Origin: an uncultured Candidatus Saccharibacteria bacterium
GTDB taxonomy: Bacteria > Patescibacteriota > Minisyncoccia > Ryanbacterales > HO2-45-13
Assembly: GCA_964354975.1 (NCBI GenBank)
Contig: CAYHBS010000003.1
Coordinates: 4,086-68,085, forward strand
Length of the DNA stretch: 64,000 bases
Direction: 5' to 3'
The notes beneath the pieces were generated by a model that ran no database searches, was not told where the DNA came from, and saw nothing but the letters and a program-made list of their open reading frames with translations. Position numbers and translations under genes: made by a program. The number at the start of each line of letters is the position of its first letter. The first letter of the stretch is position 1. Of the stretch, positions 36,348 through 46,998 are shown in pieces.

Positions 36348-37692
36348 GAGTATATTTTATTAGCACCTCTGCTACGCGGCGCGAGGATGCGCCATCAAGC
36401 CGCCAACACTGCTCGCGCACAATGCGCTGTACACCATCTACGAGTTGGTCATACATTGTGTGTGAGTTCGCAATAAATGCATCTACATCCTGGGGTGTCT
36501 GCGCAATCGCTACGCCACAAGCATCGAGTATTTGTCGAACGTGTGGTGAATCACAATACCTTCGAATACTCCTTTTATAAGGCAAATTGGGTGACGTATC
36601 AAATGCAATGAGCATCATTGGTTTTGCATAGATCGCAGCGTCAATCAACATAGATGAGGGGCCAGGAAATACTACATCTGCAAATGCAAGTTCATGTATA
36701 AGCCGATCTTCATCTGCCTTGGACATCTCCCTGTCTGCCCACTCATGAGCTCTAAATACTACTCCAGGTTGGTCGATATATACCGATGGAGTTGCATCAA
36801 GTCCTTCGATGGTCACCTTTCTCGTTGGTGGTAACCGAACAATAATGTTCAATCCCGTCGCGCGCAATAAGTTAAATGCCATCTGATCAACAGGATTGTC
36901 ATGTAAAAAAATATCCCCCATAGGAGCAAACAAGACTGTTTTCCGTTTTGGATCCAATCCGAGCGAGATTAAAAAATTTTCTCTCGTGAGAGATGGTCGC
37001 CCAACATACCGATCATAATGTGGAATACCCACGACAGTGATACGCGCCGCTGGTACATCATCAAGACGCCCTGCCTGTACTGCGAGCGTGGGATTCCACA
37101 CAAGTAGCCGATTGGGGATACTGCGCATACGACCCTGACGAGTGAGATTGTCCCACGAACGCACCATACCAATAACCTGAACACCACGCTCCCTCGCTGC
37201 ATATGAGAGCGCAACATCAAATTCATTAAACACATCAGTAGCAAATACCGCACGTGGCTGATGTGCCTGAAAATACTTAGAAAATATTTCTGGAACCGAA
37301 TAGATACGATAATCAATATATCTCATGAGTCGCCGAAATAGTGACGACTTCCCCAGCACCGCAGCAGGCCCATAAAAACAGACGACGAGTAATGCATACC
37401 GCAGTGAATATGTCTGCTTTCCGTGCAGTAAGCGTGCCGCATCGATGCTCAACATCGCGCGGAATAATCGTTTGAGTAAAAAGGAAGATCTCTGCCGCGC
37501 GAGCGCATCGATCTGAATGCCCTCATATATCACTCCCTCATATGGATACGCCTGCTGAAAATACGAACGCTTCCGGTGTGGCACGAACACCACAATGCGA
37601 TACCCCGATTTAACAATTGTTGGAAGTATGTCGGTCTGGATGATATTCCTTCCAATCAACGGATGGAAGCAGCTCACAAATATAGTCGGCAT
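36340..37692 (-). CDS. TagF-like GT-B family protein, paralog 2
   Basis: GVQVIGMVRSWDNL; GIPHYDRY; VVFPGPSSMLIDAAIYAKPMMLIAFD; REQC. Confidence 0.45.
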   Translation of the reverse strand: MPTIFVSCFHPLIGRNIIQTDILPTIVKSGYRIVVFVPHRKRSYFQQAYPYEGVIYEGIQIDALARQRSSFLLKRLFRAMLSIDAARLLHGKQTYSLRYALLVVCFYGPAAVLGKSSLFRRLMRYIDYRIYSVPEIFSKYFQAHQPRAVFATDVFNEFDVALSYAARERGVQVIGMVRSWDNLTRQGRMRSIPNRLLVWNPTLAVQAGRLDDVPAARITVVGIPHYDRYVGRPSLTRENFLISLGLDPKRKTVLFAPMGDIFLHDNPVDQMAFNLLRATGLNIIVRLPPTRKVTIEGLDATPSVYIDQPGVVFRAHEWADREMSKADEDRLIHELAFADVVFPGPSSMLIDAAIYAKPMMLIAFDTSPNLPYKRSIRRYCDSPHVRQILDACGVAIAQTPQDVDAFIANSHTMYDQLVDGVQRIVREQCWRLDGASSRRVAEVLIKYTHE

Positions 37693-37703
37693 GGCAGGGA
37701 ATG

Positions 37704-38672
37704 TTATATCCGTTTTTTTGATAAAAATAAATGGAGTACAATCGAAAGAAATAATGCAATCAACAAGAACGAAAGTTCATATACGTGCGCTGTGAGCGCA
37801 AGCACAATAGCGCGATCTCTCGTAATACCGAACATCATCAGTGGAAAAATAATTGATGCCTCGTAAGCACCTACTCCTCCAAACATGAACGCGGGTGTCA
37901 TGCTTATGATGGTAGGAAATCCATACACTGCAATCGCCTCAAGCATACTCACGTCTGCGTGGAGAGCGCTCAACAGCACGGATGCGGAAATAAACGTTAC
38001 AGCCCAAATCCCTACCGAATAGAGCGCGGTGGTCCATATAAACTGTCTTTCACGGAGAGTGGAAAATCCATCCATCAACTGTTCGAGCGCTCGCAAGATG
38101 GATTTTACAGGTACATACTGCACCCGAACACGCATCTCTTCTAGCCTGCGCTTTAGTATTCCTGTATATCGCAATAAAATGAGCAACGCCGCTATGCATA
38201 CCATCAGCACAATCCCTGCATATTGCACAATTTCCTTTGGCGCAGCAAACGCCAACGCTCCAGAAAGTGCGAGTACACAAATACTGAGTACGACTATTGC
38301 ATCAATCAATCGTACTGCAACGAGCGCGGAAAGACTTTCTGACACACTCACTTGTGGTCCAGTCTTGAGTGCCGCAACATAGTACCACTCACCCGCACGC
38401 AACGGAAAAAAAACATTCAATGCGTTTTGTAGCGAAGAGAGGCGGAACCAATCGATCCAACCCCAGTCGGTACGCATCAAGCGTTGGAACCGCAATGCTT
38501 TCAGTATTCCACTTACAAGATACAGGCCAAAAGAAAGTGCTAATGCTGAAAGATTTGCCCCACTGAGCGCGTCCCAAACAGACACAAGCGATATTTGTGA
38601 AAGAAACCAAAAAAACAAACCAATGAGTGCTACGGCAAGCAACGCGGAAATACCAAATGACTTCGAAGACAT
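37704..38672 (-). CDS. flippase-like / LPG-synthase-TM-type polytopic membrane protein
   Basis: 8 predicted TM helices resembling the PF03706-type domain found with GT2 enzymes. The start is placed at MSSKSFGIS. Confidence 0.45.
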   Translation of the reverse strand: MSSKSFGISALLAVALIGLFFWFLSQISLVSVWDALSGANLSALALSFGLYLVSGILKALRFQRLMRTDWGWIDWFRLSSLQNALNVFFPLRAGEWYYVAALKTGPQVSVSESLSALVAVRLIDAIVVLSICVLALSGALAFAAPKEIVQYAGIVLMVCIAALLILLRYTGILKRRLEEMRVRVQYVPVKSILRALEQLMDGFSTLRERQFIWTTALYSVGIWAVTFISASVLLSALHADVSMLEAIAVYGFPTIISMTPAFMFGGVGAYEASIIFPLMMFGITRDRAIVLALTAHVYELSFLLIALFLSIVLHLFLSKKRI

Positions 38673-38716
38673 ATCGTGTATGCTAGAATAGCGTATTAAT
38701 GCTCCCCTGAACATCT

Positions 38717-39415
38717 ATGGAACTACACGATATTAAGAATATGGTACGCAAGCAGCCGTGGATATACCACGCGCTGATATTTTTTTCGCGCACAGTATAT
38801 CTCCATGGAATGAGTCAGTGCCAAGCGGTGCGCGCTGCTTTTCCTGCAGGAACAAAGGGAGCGGTGATATTAAATGTCGGATCCGGCTCAAGCCCAAGAA
38901 TGCCCGACATACAAAACATTGATATTGAAAAAAATGAGCACGTTGATATTGTCGCTGATGCCGCGCACCTCCCTTTTGAAAATAACTCGGTCGACATGAT
39001 TCTCTCTGAGTGCCTGTTGGAGCATGTGGCAGATCCGCAGATTGTCGCGAGAGAATTCCAGCGCGTACTTAAACCAGGCGGACACCTCTATCTCATGTTG
39101 CCGTTTGTTTATCCATATCACGCAGCGCCGAACGACTACACTCGATTTACGGTGCAAGGATTACAGGAGCTGTTTTCCAATACAACAAAGATACGATCCG
39201 GCGTGCGATCCGGCCCCATAGCAACGCTCATCATTCAATTCGCGTATGTGGTTGCAATGCTGCTCTCTTTTCGATCGCGCACGCTCTACTCGCTTCTGCT
39301 CAGTATACTGCTGATTGTGCTCTCTCCCCTCAAACTACTTGATTATCTTTCGCTCTTGTTTCCATTTCGAGATGAAGCTGCATCGCAAATATATTTTTTC
39401 GCGAAAAAGCGTTAG
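38717..39415 (+). CDS. class I SAM-dependent methyltransferase (Methyltransf_11)
   Basis: ILNVGSGSS...LKPGGHLYL; it is the only plus-strand gene inside the locus. Confidence 0.65.
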   Translation: MELHDIKNMVRKQPWIYHALIFFSRTVYLHGMSQCQAVRAAFPAGTKGAVILNVGSGSSPRMPDIQNIDIEKNEHVDIVADAAHLPFENNSVDMILSECLLEHVADPQIVAREFQRVLKPGGHLYLMLPFVYPYHAAPNDYTRFTVQGLQELFSNTTKIRSGVRSGPIATLIIQFAYVVAMLLSFRSRTLYSLLLSILLIVLSPLKLLDYLSLLFPFRDEAASQIYFFAKKR

Positions 39416-40317
39416 CGTTTTTGCAGTATCACAAGAATGCGGGAACTTTTCCCAAACATTTTTCCAAGCAGTGTCAGCGGAAGAAAACATGCAAGCGCAG
39501 CGATTCCCAGTTTGTCGAGTAGGCGCTCGGTACGATGCCATTCGTGCACCCGAAGTATTCGCCGAATACTCCCTACCCAATCATTGGGCACTGCGCTATG
39601 AATCACGCGAACCACAGAAAAACCAGCAGCTTCAGCATACTGTTTAATTGTCGCGGGAGTAAAAATATAGTTGTGCCTCGGCGCATCAAAGGAATGCCAG
39701 TATTTTCCAAATAGTTTCCGCTCGAATGAATCTGCATTAGGCACACGAAGGAACACATACCCGCGTGGGCACAGCATCTTCGCTATGCTCTCCAGCGCTA
39801 CACGCGGCGACTGCAAATGCTCGAAAACGTAATTTAATACCACGAGGGACTGTGTCTGCCCTACCGTCGGATTCCATTGATCGAAATCCCCCCTGACAAC
39901 AGCGAGTCCCCGGCGTTGCGCCTCTGCAGCCATATGCGCATCATACTCGAGACCTGAGGCACGGTATGGTCCACGCACTGCTGCTAAATATTCTCCGTTG
40001 GCAGTTCCTATTTCAAAAATGGCTCCTTGCAGACCGAGGTATGAGCGAATCAGCTGTGCGTCCCTACTCCAAAACAATTGTTTAATACGACGACGCAACC
40101 CCTGACTCGCTTGATAGGGAATGTACGATCCATGATAATACCGCCCCATATCAACGGGTCGTTCTGCGAGAAATAATAGTCCGCAGTGCATACACATGCG
40201 GAACGAAAACGCATTAGCGTCAGGTAATTCGAAACACCGAAGATCCTCGTACACAATCCGAGATTCGGTAGACCCACATAAATTGCACATGGCAATGTTA
40301 TTTCTGTTTTCCAACAT
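39412..40317 (-). CDS. SAM-dependent methyltransferase with N-terminal C4 zinc ribbon
   Basis: CNLCGS...CMHCG ribbon, then IFEIGTANGEY motif I. Confidence 0.6.
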   Translation of the reverse strand: MLENRNNIAMCNLCGSTESRIVYEDLRCFELPDANAFSFRMCMHCGLLFLAERPVDMGRYYHGSYIPYQASQGLRRRIKQLFWSRDAQLIRSYLGLQGAIFEIGTANGEYLAAVRGPYRASGLEYDAHMAAEAQRRGLAVVRGDFDQWNPTVGQTQSLVVLNYVFEHLQSPRVALESIAKMLCPRGYVFLRVPNADSFERKLFGKYWHSFDAPRHNYIFTPATIKQYAEAAGFSVVRVIHSAVPNDWVGSIRRILRVHEWHRTERLLDKLGIAALACFLPLTLLGKMFGKSSRILVILQKR

Positions 40318-41395
40318 ATTGCACTGTGCGGATAAAATTTTCCGCTTGCCGTGTAATAGCATATCGCTCTTCAGCAATATTCCACCCGGCCTTTCCCATG
40401 CGCTCGCGTAGTCCCCTGTCCAAGATCAACATACCGATTTTCTCTATCCATTCTGCTTCGGAACTCACCAAAAATCCGTTTTCTCCATCACGTACCACTG
40501 TACTATTCAAGCCAATGTGATCGGCAACTATCGGAATTCCGACACTCATATATTGAATCATTTTATAGCCCAGGCGCCCCTTATTAAACGGAGCGTCATC
40601 AAGTGGCATCAGTCCAATGTCCATCCGCTGCAGGAGTGCGACTTCAGATTCCTCGCTCCATGGAAGATGCTCATGCGGTATTCCTTTGGCGCGAAATTGT
40701 AAAGCCGCTCCAACCGTCAGCAATTGTGCTTGGGGAAAGCGTGTTCCAATAGCGCGAAACACCGGCTGGAGTTGCTCGAGTAATGCGGTAGTGGGCGTAC
40801 CTCCAATCCAGCCGAGCGTGACTGTTGAGGAATCATGTGACGGCCCTGGGTGCACGCGCCCCGTATCAATGGGCGCAGTGATGAACGATACATCATGCCC
40901 ATACGTTCTCGCTTCCGCGGCATGATATTCATTTTCTACGATGATGTGCGCGGCATGTCGCATCATATTGCGACAGAGGCGCGCTTGATACCTCAACCCA
41001 AAACTACGCACGATACCATCCTCCCAAAATGCATTTAGTTCATAAATTGTATCTTCAATTTCATAGATAATGCGCGGATTGCGTTGGCGCAGTATCCAAT
41101 ACAATATGCGCGGAAATACTTCTCGCTGAATGACGACCGTATCATATGATGGCGCCTGCCACGCGATCATACATTTTTTTATATATGCAGCTATTATCCC
41201 AAGAAGAAAATTTCCATCACGGCGGATGCGCGAAACTGACCGCATGCGATTTTGAATGTGATAGAAATTGTCTGAGTATATAGCAATATGCGTATAAACA
41301 ATTCCTGCGCGATCAAAATATGGGAGAAATTGCAGAATCTGCACACGACTACTTCCTCCCACTGATGAAAACTGGGTAACAAATAATACGTTCAT
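40298..41395 (-). CDS. glycosyltransferase family 4 (GT-B, retaining)
   Basis: The C-terminal domain carries the EX7E-type region MIQYMSVGIPIVADHIGLNSTVVRDGENGFLV. Confidence 0.75.
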   Translation of the reverse strand: MNVLFVTQFSSVGGSSRVQILQFLPYFDRAGIVYTHIAIYSDNFYHIQNRMRSVSRIRRDGNFLLGIIAAYIKKCMIAWQAPSYDTVVIQREVFPRILYWILRQRNPRIIYEIEDTIYELNAFWEDGIVRSFGLRYQARLCRNMMRHAAHIIVENEYHAAEARTYGHDVSFITAPIDTGRVHPGPSHDSSTVTLGWIGGTPTTALLEQLQPVFRAIGTRFPQAQLLTVGAALQFRAKGIPHEHLPWSEESEVALLQRMDIGLMPLDDAPFNKGRLGYKMIQYMSVGIPIVADHIGLNSTVVRDGENGFLVSSEAEWIEKIGMLILDRGLRERMGKAGWNIAEERYAITRQAENFIRTVQYVGKQK

Positions 41396-42492
41396 TTGGT
41401 TATGATGGTATTGCGCAATTGTGCAACAACGTACTCTTGCTGCTCGGCAGTGATATGAGGAAACATAGGGAGAGAGAGTAATCGTTCAGCTGATGCGTCT
41501 GTCACGGGACACGCGTCCGCACACTCTCCGAAGAAAGGTTGTCGATAGACAGGAATAGGATAGTGAATTTCTGTCTGCACACCTTTTGCGAGCAGTGCGG
41601 CCTTCACTGCGTCTCTCCGATTAACGTGTATAACGTATAAATGATACACATGCGTCCCATTCGGCAACCCTTGAAGGATTTCACCAACTCCCGCATCCGC
41701 CAGCAATGTACTATATCGTTGCGCTGCCACCTTCCGCATATTGGTCCATTCCTTAAGAAACGGGATTTTCAGAGACAGTACAATCGCCTGCATTGGATCA
41801 AGTCGCATATTAAAGCCAAGTATTTCGTGGTTATTTTTTTTCACACTCCCTAGGTTACGGAGTCGTATCACTCGTTCAGCGAGATCTGCACGATGTGTCA
41901 CCACCGCTCCTGCATCGCCAAAAGCTCCGAGATTTTTTGTAGGATAGAAACTAAATGCGGCAATATCTCCCCACGCGCCCGTATGTTTTCCTGCGTACAT
42001 CGCACCATGAGACTGCGCACAATCTTCGACAAGAAATAATTTGTGTGCGTCTGCAATGCTGCGCACTGATTGAATATCACAGGGTTGTCCAAATAAATGC
42101 ACTACAAGAATTGCCTTGGTTTTATGCGTGATGCAACCCGCAATGAGTTCTGGGTTCATGGTGAGCGTATTTGGTACAATATCCACAAAGCGTGGTGTAG
42201 CTCCCGTTCGGAGAATGGCAACAACAGATGCATTGTATGCATTCCCCTGCGTAATGACTTCGTCTCCCGGACCTATACCGAGCGCAAGGAGCGAAAGATA
42301 CAGAGCGTCTGATCCGTTACTCACGCCGATAGCGTGCGCAATCTCAAGATACTCCGCCCATTCCTGCTCAAACTGCGCGACCTCCTCGGTTAAAATAAAA
42401 CGATTTTTTTCGAGCAACGACGTGACGCGTTCGAGATACACATCTTTTACCGCAGCCGTTGTCTGAGAAAGGTCAATAAATGGAACGTTCAT
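41392..42492 (-). CDS. DegT/DnrJ/EryC1/StrS-family PLP-dependent sugar aminotransferase
   Basis: VVHLFGQPCD...LVEDCAQSHGA...FSFYPTKNLGAFGDAGAV, with the Lys in TKNLG. Confidence 0.8.
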   Translation of the reverse strand: MNVPFIDLSQTTAAVKDVYLERVTSLLEKNRFILTEEVAQFEQEWAEYLEIAHAIGVSNGSDALYLSLLALGIGPGDEVITQGNAYNASVVAILRTGATPRFVDIVPNTLTMNPELIAGCITHKTKAILVVHLFGQPCDIQSVRSIADAHKLFLVEDCAQSHGAMYAGKHTGAWGDIAAFSFYPTKNLGAFGDAGAVVTHRADLAERVIRLRNLGSVKKNNHEILGFNMRLDPMQAIVLSLKIPFLKEWTNMRKVAAQRYSTLLADAGVGEILQGLPNGTHVYHLYVIHVNRRDAVKAALLAKGVQTEIHYPIPVYRQPFFGECADACPVTDASAERLLSLPMFPHITAEQQEYVVAQLRNTIITK

Positions 42493-43199
42493 GGTAACTG
42501 GGAAAAGAGATCGGTATTGAGACTCGTATCACGGGGCACCCAGTTGGGCCTTGGTATTGTTTCAATATCTGCCTTTGTGCGCTTTGCGTATTCTACCAAT
42601 GTTCCGCGCATTCCACCTACATTCATCACTCCAGTCGCTGATGAACGCGTGGCACGGAGAATGAGTGGAGCGACTTCATCAACATATAATTTAGAATTGT
42701 ATTGATCTGCATACACTTTGTCCCACGGAAATGGGCGTGGACCGAAACTTAGTCGCAGTATCAACGCATTGTTGAGTAGTCTCGCTGCACATTCGCCTCC
42801 AAGTTTTGACCACGCATATTTAGAGGGCGGGAGCACGGGTTCATTCTCTTTATGCGGTCCGCCTCCCGTATATACATAGTCCGTGGAAATATACACCATG
42901 CGACACCCAAGACGGTAACACGCGAGCGCGACGTTTGCAGTGCCAATAATGTTCACGGAAAGTCCGGGCGTGGGATTTTCCTCGTGTTGCGGTGGATGAG
43001 TAGCAGCGGCAACATGTAACACCACATCCGGACGCACCTCACTCATATACGCAAAAAGTTGCTCAAATTGAGTGATGTCACATTCCGTGCTTGGTGGCGC
43101 AATCAACGAAGCATCCAATGATTGCAGTGCGGCGCCAAGCATGCCGGATCCACCGGTCAGAAGAATTTTCTGTTGTGCTAAATTAGTGTGTGGGTTCAT
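42489..43199 (-). CDS. dTDP-4-dehydrorhamnose reductase (RmlD)-like NDP-sugar 4-ketoreductase
   Basis: KILLTGGSGMLG...VVLHVAAAT...RMVYISTDYVYTGG...YAWSKLGGE. Confidence 0.65.
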   Translation of the reverse strand: MNPHTNLAQQKILLTGGSGMLGAALQSLDASLIAPPSTECDITQFEQLFAYMSEVRPDVVLHVAAATHPPQHEENPTPGLSVNIIGTANVALACYRLGCRMVYISTDYVYTGGGPHKENEPVLPPSKYAWSKLGGECAARLLNNALILRLSFGPRPFPWDKVYADQYNSKLYVDEVAPLILRATRSSATGVMNVGGMRGTLVEYAKRTKADIETIPRPNWVPRDTSLNTDLFSQLP

Positions 43200-43863
43200 G
43201 AGCGCGTAAGTGCGCAAGTCCTTCTTCGATCGAAGCAATCACAAATGCAGGGTCTCCTGCTTCATAACGCTCTCGATAATACATGATTCGGGCGCATTCT
43301 GCCATTAATCTTCCGAGTCGCGTTGTCTGTTCTGCGTGCTCGGTATGAATGAGCCCATAGACCGTAATGGGGGTGTACCAATCGATGTGTCGAACGGTTG
43401 TAGGCATCAGATGTAGGTTACTTCCACGCGCCAACAACACACCAAGATCCGTGAGAAATGCCCGACCGATGTGTTGTGGCACCGACACGACAACTGCTCT
43501 CCGCACCTGTAGTTTTTCGGCGAGCACAATAAATCCCTGCGCCTCTTCAAGGGTATGGCGAGCGGGTGTCACACGATGAATACAATCTTCAGAAATACGT
43601 ACCTGCTGCATCAGCGCCTGTTTCCATGTCGCGTACCCCGGACTCCCATTGCCGTCATACAATGGCTCTCCGTTGAGTATGATGTGCTTCGCATTCGTTC
43701 TGCGATATACTTCCGCTACTGTACCGAGTAGTTCCTCAAAAAGATCCCCCCAGCCATGTACAAACACTGCGTCTGCTTCTAATAGTGAAACGATGGACAA
43801 TGCATGTGAAAATTCGCTCCATTTTCTTATGTGATCTGCGAGAGATGCTTTCGATGCGTTCAT
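43183..43863 (-). CDS. hypothetical protein (possible DUF218/YdcF-like)
   Basis: 226-aa ORF embedded in the deoxysugar module with no confident motif. Confidence 0.3.
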   Translation of the reverse strand: MNASKASLADHIRKWSEFSHALSIVSLLEADAVFVHGWGDLFEELLGTVAEVYRRTNAKHIILNGEPLYDGNGSPGYATWKQALMQQVRISEDCIHRVTPARHTLEEAQGFIVLAEKLQVRRAVVVSVPQHIGRAFLTDLGVLLARGSNLHLMPTTVRHIDWYTPITVYGLIHTEHAEQTTRLGRLMAECARIMYYRERYEAGDPAFVIASIEEGLAHLRAHEPTH

Positions 43864-43872
43864 ATTAACGCG

Positions 43873-45051
43873 TTACAACATTCGTGGTTGCGGCACATGT
43901 GTCAGCCATTTTCCCCCGCGATCACGAAATGCCTGTTGCGTCGCATTAATTTCCTCCAGATGATTCCATGCAAATAATACTGCAACATCAACATCTCCAA
44001 AGCGCTCCTGTGGAACGATAGGGATATGCACTCCGGGATAATATTTTCCCTGCTTAATAGGAGTATTGTCCGTAATAAATGGAATAAGATCTGGTCCAAT
44101 ACCACAATAATTAGCGACAATCACTCCCTTTGAACTTGCACCAAATCCACACATTTTTTTATTCTCTGATTTCAGAGCGGTTAACATGCGAACGAGCTCA
44201 CTCTTTGAGCGCTCCACATTTTCAACAAATTCACGCAATTTTTGATCAAGGTGTTGTTCTTTCTGCACCCATGGATCAACAGTCTGCTGTACTGGATGCG
44301 TAGACTGGTGCCCAACATACATGCGGAGCTCCCCTCCATGCACTGAAATATGCTCTGCATGGAACACATGATATCCCAGGGGACGAAAAAGATTATTAAT
44401 GAACGCAACGGTAAAGTACCAAATATGTTCATCATAAATCTGGTCATAGGATGTCTTTTCATAGATATCAATAAAATAGGGATCTTCAAACACAAATACC
44501 CCATTGGTGCCGATCATGCTCGCAATAAGTTCTGCATACTCTTCAATATTTTCAACGTGACAACTGACATTTGCAGCAAATACCACGTCTACGTTTCCAA
44601 TATCAGTGATTTCTGTGACCACGGCGGGACTTAAAAACTCACTGATCACACGATGCCCTTTTGATCGCGAAACGTTTGCAACGTTACCAGACGGCTCCAC
44701 TCCTACTGCGGTTACTCCAAGCGCTTCCCATGCTTCAAGCATCACGCCATCGTTTGATCCAATCTCCACGACAATACCGCCGCGCACAAAGGAGCGTAGG
44801 TGGCTTGCCGTTTCAGAAAAATGCTTAATCATGTACCGTGACGTGGAGGAAAAAAATGCGTATTGATCATGGAACATTTTTTCACGTGGGACGGTGTGTA
44901 TGAGACCAATCGCGGCGTTGCTTGGATCATACCCAAGCACCATGCGATAAAAAAACTCCTGCGGAAACTCCGCTGGACTCAAAAATGCGTTCGCAATGGG
45001 CATGTTTCCAAAGTCCAATACTTCACTCAATGAAATCTTCATACACGGCAT
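43873..45051 (-). CDS. NDP-hexose C-methyltransferase family (TylCIII/EvaC/NovU-like; Methyltransf_13+14)
   Basis: LDFGNMPIANAFL and YAFFSSTS (the YxYxSSxS family motif), SAM motif VVEIGSNDG and a C-terminal C-MTase domain. The N-terminal zinc-ribbon Cys residues are absent. Confidence 0.6.
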   Translation of the reverse strand: MPCMKISLSEVLDFGNMPIANAFLSPAEFPQEFFYRMVLGYDPSNAAIGLIHTVPREKMFHDQYAFFSSTSRYMIKHFSETASHLRSFVRGGIVVEIGSNDGVMLEAWEALGVTAVGVEPSGNVANVSRSKGHRVISEFLSPAVVTEITDIGNVDVVFAANVSCHVENIEEYAELIASMIGTNGVFVFEDPYFIDIYEKTSYDQIYDEHIWYFTVAFINNLFRPLGYHVFHAEHISVHGGELRMYVGHQSTHPVQQTVDPWVQKEQHLDQKLREFVENVERSKSELVRMLTALKSENKKMCGFGASSKGVIVANYCGIGPDLIPFITDNTPIKQGKYYPGVHIPIVPQERFGDVDVAVLFAWNHLEEINATQQAFRDRGGKWLTHVPQPRML

Positions 45052-45086
45052 TCTATCAGATTGTGCGCCCCGTGCACAGTGGAATA

Positions 45087-46040
45087 TTACAATGCGCGCT
45101 TCCCTGACAGATGCGCCAGCGTATCGCGTACCGCACGATCGAGATCTCCGTGTGGTTTAAAGCCGTGACGCTCAAATTTGCTCCCGTCAATTTCATATGA
45201 AAGCTGATTCATTATTTTTGATGCGACAAATTTTACTTCCGCAGTTGGCATGTGTCGCTGAATCGTCTCTACCACCTGGCGCACCGTTAAATTACTCGTG
45301 ATGACATTGTACGTCTCACCATCGTAAAGTGCGTTATCTATAATCATCATAATTGCATGAATGGCGTCTTCTAAATCTACATACGGGCGGCGTTGCTCCC
45401 ATGCTGTTTCCCACACCGTCAGCGGATGTCCGAATGCAGACTGCCAGATAAATTTATTGACCGCAGTATGAAATCGCATGCCAATAGACCATCCAAATAT
45501 GGTGCCAAGTCGCAGAATGATCACGCGTAATCCTTTGACGTGGAGTGCGCGCACATATTCCTCGCCGGACAATTTTGTCGCTGCGTATGGACTCTGTGGT
45601 TGTAGTTCCTTACACGTTTCATCAACACGGGCATTCTGCGAACCATAAATGCTCGTGGTAGAAGGAAAAATAAGCGCTGCATCATGTTCGAGGCATGCGT
45701 CAGCAATGCGACGAAATCCAAATGTATTGACGCGTTCAGTTTCTTCATTATGTTCAGCGCTCGATTCTGCATCCGTTCGCGCCGCAAGATGAATGAGCAC
45801 ACGAGCACGCGAAAGAATATGTTGAAGCTCCATCTCACAAATATCTCCGTAGACAAACTCGTAGTTTCCCTCAGAGGGTAGATCAAACAGCGAAGCGAAT
45901 CGCTGGGTAGCCAAATTGTCGATGAGAATAATAGGATCGGAGGTATGTGTGCCCAGCGTACGAATGAGTGCGGACCCGATGTGTCCCAACGCGCCTGTCA
46001 CTACAATGGCGTTTTTTTTTCTATTATTATTGCGATGCAT
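45087..46040 (-). CDS. NAD-dependent epimerase/dehydratase (extended SDR)
   Basis: AIVVTGALGHIGS and YAATKLSGE (YxxxK). Confidence 0.65.
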   Translation of the reverse strand: MHRNNNRKKNAIVVTGALGHIGSALIRTLGTHTSDPIILIDNLATQRFASLFDLPSEGNYEFVYGDICEMELQHILSRARVLIHLAARTDAESSAEHNEETERVNTFGFRRIADACLEHDAALIFPSTTSIYGSQNARVDETCKELQPQSPYAATKLSGEEYVRALHVKGLRVIILRLGTIFGWSIGMRFHTAVNKFIWQSAFGHPLTVWETAWEQRRPYVDLEDAIHAIMMIIDNALYDGETYNVITSNLTVRQVVETIQRHMPTAEVKFVASKIMNQLSYEIDGSKFERHGFKPHGDLDRAVRDTLAHLSGKRAL

Positions 46041-46995
46041 ACTTGTGCTTTGTGTGTAAAAGTCCCTCGCGCATTCCAAATGCAGGAGCCCACTCTGTCA
46101 GCTGTGGTAAAAGTGTTGAGGATATCCGTACACTATGTACATCAATTTTTTTACGAAGTTCCGGCCACGCTACAAATTCTACAGTCGTATCAAATATTTC
46201 CGCGATAGCAGCGGCAATGTTGGCCACAGCATAATGTTCTTGGTGCACGGCAAAGAATGTTTTTCCATAAAATAGCGGGTTGCCAATGGTACGGATGAGT
46301 ATATCGCACGCGTCTACAATATAGAGCACGTTACGCAACTGAGCTCCGTCACCGAATACGCGAAGTCGTTTTCCCGCGCGTGCTTCTTCAATGAAATAGT
46401 TCATAAATCCAAACGCCGGATCTTTCTTTCCATATGGTCCAAACAAATTCGCGAATCGAATAGTGGTGGTTGGAATATCAAACGCATTCGAATAAATATA
46501 GCTGTATTTTTCGGCGATACCCTTATGCGCCGAATAAATATCAAGCGGATGTTCCGGATGTGCCTCGTCGATTGGCTCATACTGTGCGCGGCCAATCAAC
46601 GTGCTGGAGGAAGGATAGATCACCTGCGCGGTGGGATGCACTTCGCGCACCAACTGCAGTAATTGCAAGTGCCCAAGTGCATTAATGCGCGCGTCGAGTA
46701 GTGGCTCTTGCATAGAAAAAGGATGCGATGTCTGAGCTGCAAGATTGATGATGCTATCGTGGTCGCGCACCAATGGACGTATGACTTCTGCGTCACAATA
46801 ATCCCCTTGCACAAACTCCACACGAGTAGAGAGTCCTCGAACGCGGGTAGCGTCACTTTGGAATTTTGGATCAAGCGAATCCAACACCGTCAACTTTTCC
46901 GGCGTATGCATCAGAAGATGTTCAACTAAATTTGTCCCAAAAAAACCGGCACCCCCGATGACTAAAATTCGACGAGACTTTAGCATATCCGTCAT
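46027..46995 (-). CDS. NAD-dependent epimerase/dehydratase (extended SDR, 4,6-dehydratase/4-epimerase-like)
   Basis: ILVIGGAGFFGTNL and YSAHKGIAE (YxxxK). Confidence 0.65.
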   Translation of the reverse strand: MTDMLKSRRILVIGGAGFFGTNLVEHLLMHTPEKLTVLDSLDPKFQSDATRVRGLSTRVEFVQGDYCDAEVIRPLVRDHDSIINLAAQTSHPFSMQEPLLDARINALGHLQLLQLVREVHPTAQVIYPSSSTLIGRAQYEPIDEAHPEHPLDIYSAHKGIAEKYSYIYSNAFDIPTTTIRFANLFGPYGKKDPAFGFMNYFIEEARAGKRLRVFGDGAQLRNVLYIVDACDILIRTIGNPLFYGKTFFAVHQEHYAVANIAAAIAEIFDTTVEFVAWPELRKKIDVHSVRISSTLLPQLTEWAPAFGMREGLLHTKHKYASQ

Positions 46996-46998
46996 ATG

